In this document: in pieces, positions 50,401-60,080 of the stretch | Layout: each line of letters opens with the position of its first letter | Position numbering within the stretch: position 1 is the first letter of the stretch | Assembly: GCA_020697715.1 (NCBI GenBank) | Contig: JAEHCO010000006.1 | Span: forward strand, 1-64,000 | Direction of reading: 5' to 3' | DNA: 64,000 nucleotides | From: Methanobacteriota archaeon | GTDB taxonomy: Archaea; Thermoplasmatota; Thermoplasmata; SG8-5; JAGLSY01 | The notes under the pieces: model-generated | Database searches by the model: none | Seen by the model: the letters and a program-made list of their open reading frames with translations, nothing else | Told to the model about the DNA's origin: nothing | Made by a program: the position numbers and the translations under genes

Positions 50401-53400
50401 TTGACCAGTCCTGAGAGGCGGCCATTGATCAGGCCATTGGTGCTACCAGTGGCATGCCCGGTTGTTCCAAAAGCATGACCATTGATCATACCGCCAGAAC
50501 CATTGATGAGGCCATTCACCCTGCCATTTACAAGACCATTAACACGGCCGTTCACAAGGCCATTGATGCCACCAATGACGCGACCATTGACCAGCCCATT
50601 GGTCCTTCCATTGGTCTTACCGTTCACGCGGCCATTGGTTTTCCCAAAGGCATGGCCATTTGTTCTTCCATTGACGTGGCCATTGGTCTTGCCGTTCACA
50701 CGACCGTCGACTGTTCCGACAGCACGGCCATTGACCTTGCCATTCACACGCCCAGTCCCATTTATCAGACCTGCGGGCGTCTTGCCAGTTTTCTTAAGTG
50801 ACTCTGCCTCGATCTCCTCATAGGAGCTATGGATCACCTGGTCATAGCATTCGAGAGCGGCCTCATGCAGACCCAGCTTATCCAATAATTCTCCCTTTTC
50901 CATAAGCAGGCTTTCAGTTCCCGGGAAAAGTTCCAGGTCTTTGTCTATGTCTATCAAGCGGGCTTTTATTATCCCAACACCCGGATCTGGAGCCTCATCC
51001 AGCTCGAGGTCCAGAAGATCGTCCTCATCATCGGGAATAACAGATCCATGTAATATTTCCAATATCTGTTTTTTGTATTCCGGGGCCTTCTCATCATCTA
51101 ACTCCGCTGCCTTATCATAGCATGATATTGCTTCATCAAAACTGCCGGCCTTTGCCAGGAGCCTTGCTTTCCTTGCCCAGTGAATGTGATTATCTGGGTC
51201 TTCTTTGATCTTCTCATCCAGAGCATCCAAGTCCTCGAGGATAATGACCTCGCCAATATCCATGTCTATATCTACGACATCGGGTAAAGAGAGATCATCA
51301 TCGGTCTCATCTTCATCCATTCCAAGGAATTGTTTTATGAAGTCATCGGTCGGGCCAGAAGGTTTTGTATCCTCTTCTGGCTCATCACCAAGTTTTGACC
51401 AGCGAGATAGGAAATCTTTGGATATCCCTCTCTTTTCCTCTTTGGTCTCGAGCTCTGGCAGGATAAGATCAGATTCCATTTCCTCAAGAACATCCATTTC
51501 GGATAATTCTTCATCAGTATCGTCGTCTGCAAGTGAGTCCACCATGGATCCCAGGCCGACCTTGGGATCGGGCTCGGCCTGATCAACTAGGATATCTGAA
51601 TCGTCACCATCTGGCTCATCATCATCATCTTCCTCATCGATCAAAATATCAATGGGATCGTCCAGGTCCAATGAGATATTTTCAATAATATCTTCATCAG
51701 AAATTATCTCGGATAATATTGGCTCATCGATATCAAGCTCAAGTTCATCTGTTTCCGTCGTGAATAGCTCGATGCCATCTATATCGAAGCTGTCATCCTG
51801 GGCGATGATATCCTCCAGGAGTTTTTCTCCCAGTATATCTCTTTCATCCAGATCATCAGATGCGGCATCTGCAGTTGCATCATCTTCAGATACTGCATCT
51901 GATTCGAATCCATCAAGAACATCCGCAATGTCCAGATCGACAGCGATGTCCTCAAGGGTGATGATATCAGGTTCATCAATATCAAGTTCAAGCTCATCGG
52001 ATACTTCCTCAGCATCACTTATTATGATCCCACAATCCGGGCATTCTGAAAGTTCTGCCTGGACAAAGGAGCCACAGCCAGGACACAGGTTGAGTTCCGA
52101 AACACTCTCCTCCCATTCCATATCCTGAATGAGCTGGGCTTCAGCATCCTTTTTATCACTCACCTCGACCAGAAGGTCAGAAAGCTCCTCGATCTCCCGT
52201 TCAGCCCTGACCTCTTTATCCAGGTCGATCTCCACATCCAGGTCTTCATCGTATACGGCTCCACAATTGGAACACTTGCCAGCATCCTCAGCCAGAAGAG
52301 CACCACATTCGACACATAGGAATATCTGGGTCTTCTCTTCCTTGTACCAGTATCCATCTGGTTCATCAGGATCTATACTGACATCATCGGATGGATCAAG
52401 CTGTGAGATAGGAATATCACCATCTGGCTCGAATTCCGCATGGCATATGTCACAACTGCTTGCTCCGCCAGATAAGAAAGCACCGCAATTAGGGCAGAGA
52501 AATAGCTCAGCTTCATCCTTGTACCAATGGCCATCAAGATCTGTATCGGTCTTTTCCACCAGCATGTCGGCCAGTTCCTCTGTATCCGCATCCAGCTCAA
52601 GAGCAGGTTCTTCAATATTGGGGTCGAACTTCACACCACAATTATTACAACTACTGGCATCCTCAGAGATCAGTGCCCCACACTCGGGGCACATGAAGAA
52701 CTGGCTCTTCTCCTCTTTGTACCAGAAGCCATCTGGAGCATCTGGATCCCTCGCAATTTCAGGTTCCATATCCGTATCTGGCTCGACCTCTCCATCATCA
52801 GCCTCGAACACTATGCCACAGTATTGACAACTATCAGCGGCAGAAGATATGAAAGACCCACAATTGGGACAGAGAAATAGCTCGACCTCATCCTTGTACC
52901 AGTGGCCATCCAGCTCATCCAGGTCAGATGATCCTCCCTCCAGTTCATCATCGTGGAGGAGCATATCTGCCAGTTCTTTTAACTCACTGCCATCTTCAAT
53001 AGATATGGCAGTTCCCAATTCGATCTGATCATCATCGATGCCATGGTCATCATCGAGATCAAGGTCCGCATCTGCGATCATGGTCAATTCATCTGTCAGG
53101 ATGTCCTCATCTTCAGACCCTATTGGGACGGTTGCTTCATCTGCACTCGCAACCTCTTCTTCATCATGGCTGGTGAACTCTTCCAACATATCGAGTATGT
53201 CTGGATCGGATGTCGTGGTCTCTGGCGGAAGTGGTTCCTTATCAAGCTCCGATCTTAGCTTTTCTTCTGTAAATGACAGGCCACATGTATCACATTCCGA
53301 GGCATTTCCGGATATAAATGCACCACAATCAGGACATAGGAATAGCTCGGCCTTGTCCCTGTACCAGAAGCCATCTATGTCATCATTCTTTTCCTCTTTT

Positions 53401-54356
53401 TCAGTGCCATCGACCAATAGGTCCATAAGGTCTTCCGACTCCTTATCTGGCTGGATCTCTGGTTCGGTCTCATCCATATCGAACTTGATCCCGCAATTAG
53501 AGCATTTTTCAGCGTCCTCCGAGATCAGGGAGCCGCATTCGGGGCAGAGTAAGAACTGACTCTTCTCTTCCTTGTACCAATATCCATCCGGAGCATCGGG
53601 ATCCCTTGCGACCTCCAGGTCAGGACTGGCAGCTACCTCATCAGCAGTCTCATCATCAGCCTCGAACACTACTCCACATTTGGAGCAATTGCCCGCATCT
53701 GAAGGTATGAAAGACCCACAATTGGGGCAGAGGAAAAGCTCGGCCTCATCCTTGTACCAGTGGCCATCGATATCACCATCTGCCTTTTCCACCAGCATAT
53801 CTGCCAGTTCCTGTGATTCCGCATCCACTTCGGAAGTTTCTGGAGATACATCCTCCATATCGGGGTCGAATTTCACGCCACAATTATTACATTTACTGGC
53901 ATCCTCAGAAATAAGTGCCCCACAATCGGGGCACATGAAGAACTGGCTCTTCTCCTCTTTGTACCAGAAGCCATCTGGAGCGTCTGGATCCATCTCCTGG
54001 GCAGGGGTTTGGGAAACCTCCTCCTCGCCTTCGAAGGCGATGCCACAATTCGGGCAATTGTCTGTATCCTCTCCCAGAAGTGATCCACACATTGGACACA
54101 TTGTCAGTCCTGTGCTTGTTTCCAGCTTATCGGATGGTTCTTCATCCACATCCACCATCATCTCCGCATAGTCCCTTATGCTGTATGCGAGACTCTTACC
54201 TATGCCAGGTATCCCAGAGAGTTCATCAAATGGACATTCGACAAGTTCCTGCAATGACCTGAAACCCGCGGAGTATAGAATTCGAGCTTTTGCTCTTCCT
54301 ATACCCGGTATGAGCAATAATTCTACAAGATGGTCATCACTAGTAGACATAAGCAA
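47445..54356 (-). CDS. 2303-aa membrane-spanning multidomain protein: HhH, 10 zinc ribbons, acidic region, TPR, xxNG repeats, TM, extracellular domains, 2x DUF11, PEF-CTERM
   Basis: IPGIG x2; ten CxxC-x10-CxxC; AISCYDKA/ALECYDQV TPRs; GLVN/GRVN repeats; TM MAALIFIMLFLPIL; PG..I.YTI..N..V.I.DTLP; IPEF-hydrophobic-RRKEKK. Confidence 0.88.
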   Translation of the reverse strand: MLMSTSDDHLVELLLIPGIGRAKARILYSAGFRSLQELVECPFDELSGIPGIGKSLAYSIRDYAEMMVDVDEEPSDKLETSTGLTMCPMCGSLLGEDTDNCPNCGIAFEGEEEVSQTPAQEMDPDAPDGFWYKEEKSQFFMCPDCGALISEDASKCNNCGVKFDPDMEDVSPETSEVDAESQELADMLVEKADGDIDGHWYKDEAELFLCPNCGSFIPSDAGNCSKCGVVFEADDETADEVAASPDLEVARDPDAPDGYWYKEEKSQFLLCPECGSLISEDAEKCSNCGIKFDMDETEPEIQPDKESEDLMDLLVDGTEKEEKNDDIDGFWYRDKAELFLCPDCGAFISGNASECDTCGLSFTEEKLRSELDKEPLPPETTTSDPDILDMLEEFTSHDEEEVASADEATVPIGSEDEDILTDELTMIADADLDLDDDHGIDDDQIELGTAISIEDGSELKELADMLLHDDELEGGSSDLDELDGHWYKDEVELFLCPNCGSFISSAADSCQYCGIVFEADDGEVEPDTDMEPEIARDPDAPDGFWYKEEKSQFFMCPECGALISEDASSCNNCGVKFDPNIEEPALELDADTEELADMLVEKTDTDLDGHWYKDEAELFLCPNCGAFLSGGASSCDICHAEFEPDGDIPISQLDPSDDVSIDPDEPDGYWYKEEKTQIFLCVECGALLAEDAGKCSNCGAVYDEDLDVEIDLDKEVRAEREIEELSDLLVEVSDKKDAEAQLIQDMEWEESVSELNLCPGCGSFVQAELSECPDCGIIISDAEEVSDELELDIDEPDIITLEDIAVDLDIADVLDGFESDAVSEDDATADAASDDLDERDILGEKLLEDIIAQDDSFDIDGIELFTTETDELELDIDEPILSEIISDEDIIENISLDLDDPIDILIDEEDDDDEPDGDDSDILVDQAEPDPKVGLGSMVDSLADDDTDEELSEMDVLEEMESDLILPELETKEEKRGISKDFLSRWSKLGDEPEEDTKPSGPTDDFIKQFLGMDEDETDDDLSLPDVVDIDMDIGEVIILEDLDALDEKIKEDPDNHIHWARKARLLAKAGSFDEAISCYDKAAELDDEKAPEYKKQILEILHGSVIPDDEDDLLDLELDEAPDPGVGIIKARLIDIDKDLELFPGTESLLMEKGELLDKLGLHEAALECYDQVIHSSYEEIEAESLKKTGKTPAGLINGTGRVNGKVNGRAVGTVDGRVNGKTNGHVNGRTNGHAFGKTNGRVNGKTNGRTNGLVNGRVIGGINGLVNGRVNGLVNGRVNGLINGSGGMINGHAFGTTGHATGSTNGLINGRLSGLVNGRVNGLVNGMGLINGDALANNRGRAHRKNIKSNASSAWRMRVTMMAALIFIMLFLPILTNSMIGDDTYGMDIDGDFSEWREFTSYHDSSIDQISNDDLNIIETRVNFRPPNMYFYIMVEGDLLGGSSSDSVRGLDSVFIFIDTDSDTSTGYEISNMGADVLLDVQGWGNRISEIDLKRFNNDMDHNDWNAFEYSHEANAAVNDNEMEIRVILDELTPSSQPSYAIMMQDSFGHFDISDSVISPLRGTLRASMSEAVDSDIIQPGDHDASLLLLESFGLDSDVEGLAFSSRGELGYEEMIGLRLVVDEGNQIYDASSDQVLETTMTGDGGDFTINFDRPLTIEAGERVSIFLIFDIPVSTDAPNVGVYLTDVLVPDGIKVHIAENSGAVHNIGDPENIEIDGAFGDWLGIGSNIDAANDVVGASDTNTSRINRNVDIGDYRMSVDDRLLIYTSLSGVAMGGMDVPTIRYRPGIAPVTNVSPITPAPLPDSDNDGVPNNIDGPNGSYAYDFNNDGIDDQNSNGDIDGDGVIDYNNDGPDMWLNTTIPLDFDPNYSGNFISRYIGPIGHVEIIGQDYLSIFIDSDNDVSTGDYKGGILGADHMVLIAGRNNKIISSELFTYLPTNSIPWEYIGTISSDLDYHRMEMGIPLSMMGLNSMDEFSVFIEISDWKHSIDQSDDTMSHNAQAPSGTRSAPPGDVPLPKPPPVPQVSVSKDADLRTAEPGDYISYTITLENKRNSATSAYVWLNDTLPTGVTYISDTSGISPTINGQTYTYPFTNLAGGTTITFDIVVQVDDTVADGTNLVNNVDVDFTDAAGVPYGSDSDSASTECARPDITIVKVANTTTAAPGTEVVYTIWYNNTGGAPANVWINDTIPAGTTYVSSSSAPDSIVVDDYSWYFPNVRKNTVNSLTITVLVDALAPAGTITNWASLNYTSPGGYQFAEQSDSATITVVIIPEFSSILPLALGIMGITFIGFRRKEKKEVNE

Positions 54357-54467
54357 GTATTGTTTGTCTTACTAAGTATATAGGCATTGTATCTCGAAAA
54401 GTAGATGTGCTATCTGCAAAATATGCGACAATATTACAAAAAGTTGTTAATCATCATATCTCGATCT

Positions 54468-55178
54468 TCATATCTCAAGAGCCGTGGAAAAGGGATCCAA
54501 TCCGATATCCATAACATGTATCTCGGACTTTTGACCGATCTCCAATATCAATCGATCATTGGAACTCTTGATGACCTTGGGATCCTCGCCACCAGACCTC
54601 AATTTTTCAATGATGAAATCTCGAAAAGCTTTTGTTCGGTCATATTTGGACTCGGACATTTCCGCAAGTAATCTTGTTGGATAATATCGAGTATGGGTTC
54701 CTTCGTTCATCACACTGACAAGACCGATATTGATCAGTTTATTGACCATTATGGACAGGCCTTGATGAGTCATTTCAAAATCCTGGGCATATTCTTTCTG
54801 GGTCATGCCAGGCTCATTTATTATCTTGATAAAAAGAGCTTTTGTCTTTTTTGAAGACAAAACGCAGAAGATATTGACATCCTCATCATCTATTTGACCC
54901 TCTGGCCACATGGATCTCTTGCGGCCTAATTTTCTCTCGACCAAGAATCCCGAGGCCACGAGTTTGCCAATATGCCATTTGACGGTCGTATCACTCACAT
55001 TCAAGATATCGGAGATATCCTTCAGTCCCAGACATGGATGAAAAGTGAGAAGAGAAAATATATTTCTCCGGATCTTATTATCGAATATCCTGGCATTCTC
55101 AGAAATTCCACCAGGTCTCTTGATATTATCAGGTTCCTTGATCGCGCTTTCCAGAGCTTTTCCTACATTCCTACTCAT
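54468..55178 (-). CDS. Double winged-HTH transcriptional regulator
   Basis: RRNIF..HP..TVKWHIGKL..G and PGMTQKE...L...GLV; start ATG 55178 after AAGGAG, 1 nt past the kaiC stop. Confidence 0.82.
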   Translation of the reverse strand: MSRNVGKALESAIKEPDNIKRPGGISENARIFDNKIRRNIFSLLTFHPCLGLKDISDILNVSDTTVKWHIGKLVASGFLVERKLGRKRSMWPEGQIDDEDVNIFCVLSSKKTKALFIKIINEPGMTQKEYAQDFEMTHQGLSIMVNKLINIGLVSVMNEGTHTRYYPTRLLAEMSESKYDRTKAFRDFIIEKLRSGGEDPKVIKSSNDRLILEIGQKSEIHVMDIGLDPFSTALEI

Positions 55179-55179
55179 C

Positions 55180-56058
55180 CTAATCTCCTTGATGTTCAGA
55201 CAATATGGCATTGATCAACTCTTCGGTATTGACCTCTGAAAGGTCCCTATCTTTGAGATCCTTCAATGAATTTGCCAATCTTTTGAAAACATAGGACGGT
55301 AACTGCCCTTCGATCTTATTGAGATCAGTTGCGAATTGACCAACTTTCTCTCGTTTTGGTATCAATGGATAATCTCCAGCCTGTACAACAAGACCAAAGC
55401 CTTTCATCAAAGAATATGGATGCTCCAGTTCACTGTGGGCACTGGATCGGCACTTGATTATCTTCAGCTTTCTCTCCAATCTGGAACCTGCTTCGAAGCT
55501 ACTTCTAAGGTGAATGACACAATCAGACAAGTACATGGGGATCACAGTTTCATTACCCGACAGGTCGCCAACTGTGCCATGCTCCTCCAGTGTGCAGAGT
55601 ACTGTTCCGACCTTTCTTGTTTCCTTCAGCATGAATCCTATCAGATCACGTTGCTCATATCTGTCGGAAGTGGACCACACCACTGGAGTGAGAGGATCCA
55701 CAGCAATTCGGGCATTAGCTCCCTTCCATGAGGATACGAAATCAGGTAATTCCTTCTTTATGAACTGAGAGAACTCCTGACCACTGGCATCGATAAAGAC
55801 AAGCTTGTCCTCCTCGATGAAGTTCAGGATCTCCGTCCAACCCATCTCGATAGCTTCCTTGATGATCTGCTCCTTGTTCTCATCAAGGCTTACGAATATC
55901 CCTTCCTGGCCTGCTTCGAGGCCGCGTCTTATGAATTGAGTTGCGAAGGTGGTCTTTCCCGCCCCGCTCATCCCTATGACGACAGTGGTAGAATTCTCAT
56001 TGATGCCTCCATCCAGAAGGGCATTGAGTCCGTAAATACCACTGCTTATTTTCTTCAT
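55180..56058 (-). CDS. Single-domain KaiC/RAD55-family ATPase
   Basis: SSGIYGLNALLDGG, Walker A GMSGAGKT, VSLDE, IAVD, IIKCR. Confidence 0.92.
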   Translation of the reverse strand: MKKISSGIYGLNALLDGGINENSTTVVIGMSGAGKTTFATQFIRRGLEAGQEGIFVSLDENKEQIIKEAIEMGWTEILNFIEEDKLVFIDASGQEFSQFIKKELPDFVSSWKGANARIAVDPLTPVVWSTSDRYEQRDLIGFMLKETRKVGTVLCTLEEHGTVGDLSGNETVIPMYLSDCVIHLRSSFEAGSRLERKLKIIKCRSSAHSELEHPYSLMKGFGLVVQAGDYPLIPKREKVGQFATDLNKIEGQLPSYVFKRLANSLKDLKDRDLSEVNTEELINAILSEHQGD

Positions 56059-56099
56059 ATATCATCAATCCTTATTTATCAGATCATGGATCTCTAAGA

Positions 56100-57116
56100 T
56101 CATAGGCCTCGATTCTGAAGTATTTGGTCATCAGGTATCTGTCCGATATCAAGTCCTGGCATCGCATTACCAAGTCCCATGGAAACTTCAGTTAGTGTTT
56201 TTGCATCCTCGTAGTTCGTGACAGCATCGGCGATCGACTTGGCCATCTTCTGAGGATCGCTTGATTTGAATATTCCAGAGCCAACGAACACGCCATCGCA
56301 ACCCATGCTCATCATCAGGCTTGCATCTGCGGGTGTCGCTATTCCACCAGCAGCGAAGTTAACGACTGGCAGTCTACCCAGGTCTCTGATCTCTATCAAA
56401 ATAGCTTTAACATCGGCCTCCCAATCGGCCAATGTTCTTCCGCCAAAGACGATCGCATCGGCCGCGGTCTCAGCATCGCACCATTCCTCGCGGGTCGCTG
56501 ATTCCAATTTTCCAAATGGCAGAGCGTATGTGTGGGCCACGGCGTTTAACTTTTCCTCGTCGATGGTCTTCAGATTCTCGATCATCCTGTTCACCAGGTG
56601 CATGTGCCTGACAGCCTCAACAACATTGCCGGTGCCAGCCTCGCCCTTGGTCCTTATCATGGCCGCGCCCTCGGCGATACGTCTGACAGCCTCACCCAGA
56701 TAGGTGCAACCACAGACGAAAGGAACTGTGAATTCTGATTTATTGATGTGATAATATGGATCTGCTGGAGTTAGGACCTCGGACTCGTCTATCATGTCCG
56801 CGCCCATGGACTCCCAAATTCGAGCTTCTGTAAAATGGCCAATTCTAACTTTGGCCATCACCGGAATACTTACCTCGTCCAGTATCTCCTGGAGCTTGGT
56901 CGGATCCGCAGCTCTAGCCACTCCACCCATGGCTCGAATATCCGATGGCACACGCTCGAGGGACATCACGGCCACTGCGCCTGCGTCCTCCGCGATCCTG
57001 GCCTGTTCCGCTGTAACGACGTCCATTATGACGCCGCCTTTCTGCATCTTGGCAAATCCTCTTTTTAGAAGTTCGGTCCCGTGTCTGAATGAAGTTAGGT
57101 CTATGTCAATTGGCAA
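56100..57116 (-). CDS. pdxS: Pyridoxal 5'-phosphate synthase lyase subunit
   Basis: [47 protein letters not shown]. Confidence 0.97.
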   Translation of the reverse strand: MPIDIDLTSFRHGTELLKRGFAKMQKGGVIMDVVTAEQARIAEDAGAVAVMSLERVPSDIRAMGGVARAADPTKLQEILDEVSIPVMAKVRIGHFTEARIWESMGADMIDESEVLTPADPYYHINKSEFTVPFVCGCTYLGEAVRRIAEGAAMIRTKGEAGTGNVVEAVRHMHLVNRMIENLKTIDEEKLNAVAHTYALPFGKLESATREEWCDAETAADAIVFGGRTLADWEADVKAILIEIRDLGRLPVVNFAAGGIATPADASLMMSMGCDGVFVGSGIFKSSDPQKMAKSIADAVTNYEDAKTLTEVSMGLGNAMPGLDIGQIPDDQILQNRGL

Positions 57117-57227
57117 TATATCACCAGTTTCCCCAATAAATACATCTGTATTTTAAAGTATTGGAAGATGGACATGAAAAATAAGGTTAATTATCAATTA
57201 ATAAATGATAGATAAAAATGAAAAGAT

Positions 57228-57254
57228 GATGATGGTCTTTGAAGGACCATCATC
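57228..57254 (-). terminator. Hairpin downstream of pepF
   Basis: gatgatggtc/gaccatcatc stem with a T-rich run following on the minus strand. Confidence 0.6.
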
Positions 57255-57278
57255 TTTCTGTTTTCGAGCCTAGTTGAA

Positions 57279-59084
57279 TTAATACCCAACTTCCTTGGCC
57301 AGTTCCTCAGCCTGTTTGACCAGTTCATCAACAAGGTCAAATCCTCTCTGCCAGAATCCTGGGTCTGTTATGTCCAGACCAAGTTTCGCAACCGTGTTCC
57401 TTGGGTAGTCGGAGCCGCCAGCTTTCAGAAGATCGATATACTTACCGACAAACTCGTCGCCAGTCCTTCTGTATTCTTCATAAAGCGAAAGGACCATCAG
57501 TTCCCCGAAAGAGTAGGCGTAGGTGTAGAAAGGATAATGGATGAAGTGGAGCACGTACGACCACCACTTTCCGTATTCCTCTGTCATCACGACAGAGTCC
57601 CCGAACATCCAAACATTCTCCTCGGTCCAGATCTTGTGGAGATCCTCAGGCTTCAGCTCGCCAATGTCCCGCCTATGAGCGTGCATGCGCTTCTCGAACC
57701 TGGTCATCATCACCTGGCGGAAGGAAGTGGCGAATATGTCCTCTATCTTTCCACATAGAAGTGATAATCTTAGTTTCGGGTCATCCTCCTTATCCAGCAG
57801 ACTGTGGAAGAGGATCATCTCACCCATGACACTGGCCGTCTCAGCCATGGCCAGTGATGTGCTCATCTGCATGAATCCCTGCTCCCTGGCAAGATACTGG
57901 TGAATTCCATGGCCCAGTTCATGTGCCATGGTCATCGTGTCTGATAGATTATCTGTGTGATTGAGCTTGATATAAGGATGCATATCGGGTGTTATACCAG
58001 CACTGAATGCGCCTCCCTCTTTCCCATGCCTTACTTCGGCATCGATCCAGTTATTGTCGAAGAACTTCTGGGCGATCTCACCAGAGATAGGTGAGAAATT
58101 CTTGTATGATTCCAGTGTCATGTTCTTCGCATCCTCATAGAGGCATTCCTTCTCGATCGGAAGAATGGGTGCGTATCTATCATAATCATACAGTGTGTCC
58201 AGACCCATTATCCTCTTCTTCAAATTGTAGAAGCGAGCAACAAGTTCCACATTCTTATCAGTGGCATCCAGCAGACTCTGAACAGTGGAATCATCAACCT
58301 GATTGTCCATGTTCCTGACAGCCATCGGGTGCTTGTAATCCCTGAATGTATCGTGGGTGTAATGATCCTGTACAAGGGTATTGAACACGAAAGTAAGTAA
58401 GGACATCTGGTCCTCCAAAGATTTGGTAACGGCCTTATGGGCTTGGATCCTCATATCCCTGTCCGGATTGCGTAGATAGTTCAATGCCGCATCCAGAGGG
58501 AATTCTTTCTCTTCGCCGCCATCATTGATCTTGACGACCATGTGACCCATTGTCTCATCGAATAGCCTTATGAAAGCAGATTTGCCAGTATTGGAAAGTG
58601 CATCCCATAGCTTTTCCTCACCCTCGGAAAGCTGGTGGGGCGCTCTCAGTCTCTCGACTTCCAGGAAATGCCTGTACTTGGCAACTTCCGGGCTGTCCAG
58701 CAATTTCTTCGCCTCGTCATCGCCTATCCTACACCAGGCCAATTCAAAGAATATTAGATGTGATTTGATCTCCGTGAACCTTTCTTGTGATCTCTGCATG
58801 AGAGCACCGTTCTCTGGTGAGAGGCAATCTCCCGCGAAGGTCAGATGTGCATAATAAAGGGGCTTGACAGCATCCTGATAAATGTCCTCCAACTCCTTCA
58901 CAGCTTCAAATAGATCGCTTGGAGAGATGCCGGGTTTGACGATATCCCTGTACTTGCTTTCAAAGGAACTAGCTCTTTGCTTGATGGCCTGGACATCGCT
59001 TTCTATCTTTGGGTCATCTATGCCAGCATAAAAATCTGTCAGATCCCAGCGAACTCCATGAGCACTGCTTTTCTTGTCTTCCAT
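57279..59084 (-). CDS. pepF: M3B oligoendopeptidase F
   Basis: WDL, GKEGGAF, TMAHELGH, AETAS, FYTYAYSFG; likely start ATG 59084. Confidence 0.93.
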   Translation of the reverse strand: MEDKKSSAHGVRWDLTDFYAGIDDPKIESDVQAIKQRASSFESKYRDIVKPGISPSDLFEAVKELEDIYQDAVKPLYYAHLTFAGDCLSPENGALMQRSQERFTEIKSHLIFFELAWCRIGDDEAKKLLDSPEVAKYRHFLEVERLRAPHQLSEGEEKLWDALSNTGKSAFIRLFDETMGHMVVKINDGGEEKEFPLDAALNYLRNPDRDMRIQAHKAVTKSLEDQMSLLTFVFNTLVQDHYTHDTFRDYKHPMAVRNMDNQVDDSTVQSLLDATDKNVELVARFYNLKKRIMGLDTLYDYDRYAPILPIEKECLYEDAKNMTLESYKNFSPISGEIAQKFFDNNWIDAEVRHGKEGGAFSAGITPDMHPYIKLNHTDNLSDTMTMAHELGHGIHQYLAREQGFMQMSTSLAMAETASVMGEMILFHSLLDKEDDPKLRLSLLCGKIEDIFATSFRQVMMTRFEKRMHAHRRDIGELKPEDLHKIWTEENVWMFGDSVVMTEEYGKWWSYVLHFIHYPFYTYAYSFGELMVLSLYEEYRRTGDEFVGKYIDLLKAGGSDYPRNTVAKLGLDITDPGFWQRGFDLVDELVKQAEELAKEVGY

Positions 59085-59279
59085 ATTAACACCTTTTAGG
59101 AGCATAATATAAGGGAGGGTATTAGTGCTTTTTGTTAGGTTCAAGGATTATGGAAGTGGTGACCATCATTCTATGGCCGTTTCTTAAATTCGTCAATTGA
59201 CGTACCCACAAATCGAAAGGTACTTATTATCTCAAGTGATATTCGTCTCCAGATGGGACGCACATACTCTTGAGGAGGG

Positions 59280-60080
59280 GTGGATACTATGGTTCTGGAT
59301 ATTGAATATGAAACGATCGCGCTTGTATTCGAAGAAGGTATGGTGAAGCTTGAGCTGAACAGGCCGGATGTTCACAATGCCTTCAATGATATCATGATCG
59401 CGGAGATCTCCGATGCCTTTAGAAGATTAGCATCAGAAAAAGAAATACTGGCTGTGGTCATAACAGGAAATGGAAAGAGCTTCTGCGCAGGAGCTGACCT
59501 CAATTGGATGAAGAAGATGGCTGGCTATTCTCGCGATGAGAACATAGAGGATGCCAGAAAAATGGCCGAGATGTTCATGGCCATTCAAGAATGTCCATTT
59601 CCCACGATCGCCAGTGTGAATGGGGCAGCCTTTGGTGGAGGTGTTGGTCTGGTCGCGGTCTGTGACTTTGCTTTCGCAACCCCAAATGCAAAATTCTCCT
59701 TCAGTGAGACCAACCTTGGTTTAATTCCTGCAGTTATTTCAAAATGGGTGATCGAGCGCATTGGGGTCAAGAGGGCGAAGCAGCTTTTCATGACTGGTGA
59801 GAGATTCGAAGCACCCTATGCTTGCGACATCGGACTGATAGATGGTTCGGTTCATGATCTGGATGGCACGATAAATGAGGTCATGACGCAATTCAGGACA
59901 AGCGGACCTATGTCGATAATTGAATCCAAGAAGCTCATAGATAGATATCAAGATGATACTGGCTTCCTGGAATATTCCATAAATGCCATTGCCGACCTTC
60001 GAGCATCGGATGAAGGCAAGGAAGGAATAGCGGCCTTCCTTGACAAGAGGAAGGCAACTTGGAGGAGGGATGGATCATGA
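59280..60080 (+). CDS. liuC: Enoyl-CoA hydratase family, methylglutaconyl-CoA hydratase-like
   Basis: LNRPDVHNAF, FCAGADL, AFGGGVGL, SETNLGLIPA; adjacent to MCC-type genes. Confidence 0.85.
   Translation: MDTMVLDIEYETIALVFEEGMVKLELNRPDVHNAFNDIMIAEISDAFRRLASEKEILAVVITGNGKSFCAGADLNWMKKMAGYSRDENIEDARKMAEMFMAIQECPFPTIASVNGAAFGGGVGLVAVCDFAFATPNAKFSFSETNLGLIPAVISKWVIERIGVKRAKQLFMTGERFEAPYACDIGLIDGSVHDLDGTINEVMTQFRTSGPMSIIESKKLIDRYQDDTGFLEYSINAIADLRASDEGKEGIAAFLDKRKATWRRDGS

Noticed and set aside
50152-54171. Several long plus-strand ORFs (Ser-rich, PLTRP repeats)
   Set aside because: Antisense shadows of the acidic and xxNG repeats in the 2303-aa gene
55180-56058. Circadian clock KaiC
   Set aside because: Single domain, with no kaiA/kaiB nearby; belongs to the broad archaeal KaiC/RAD55 group
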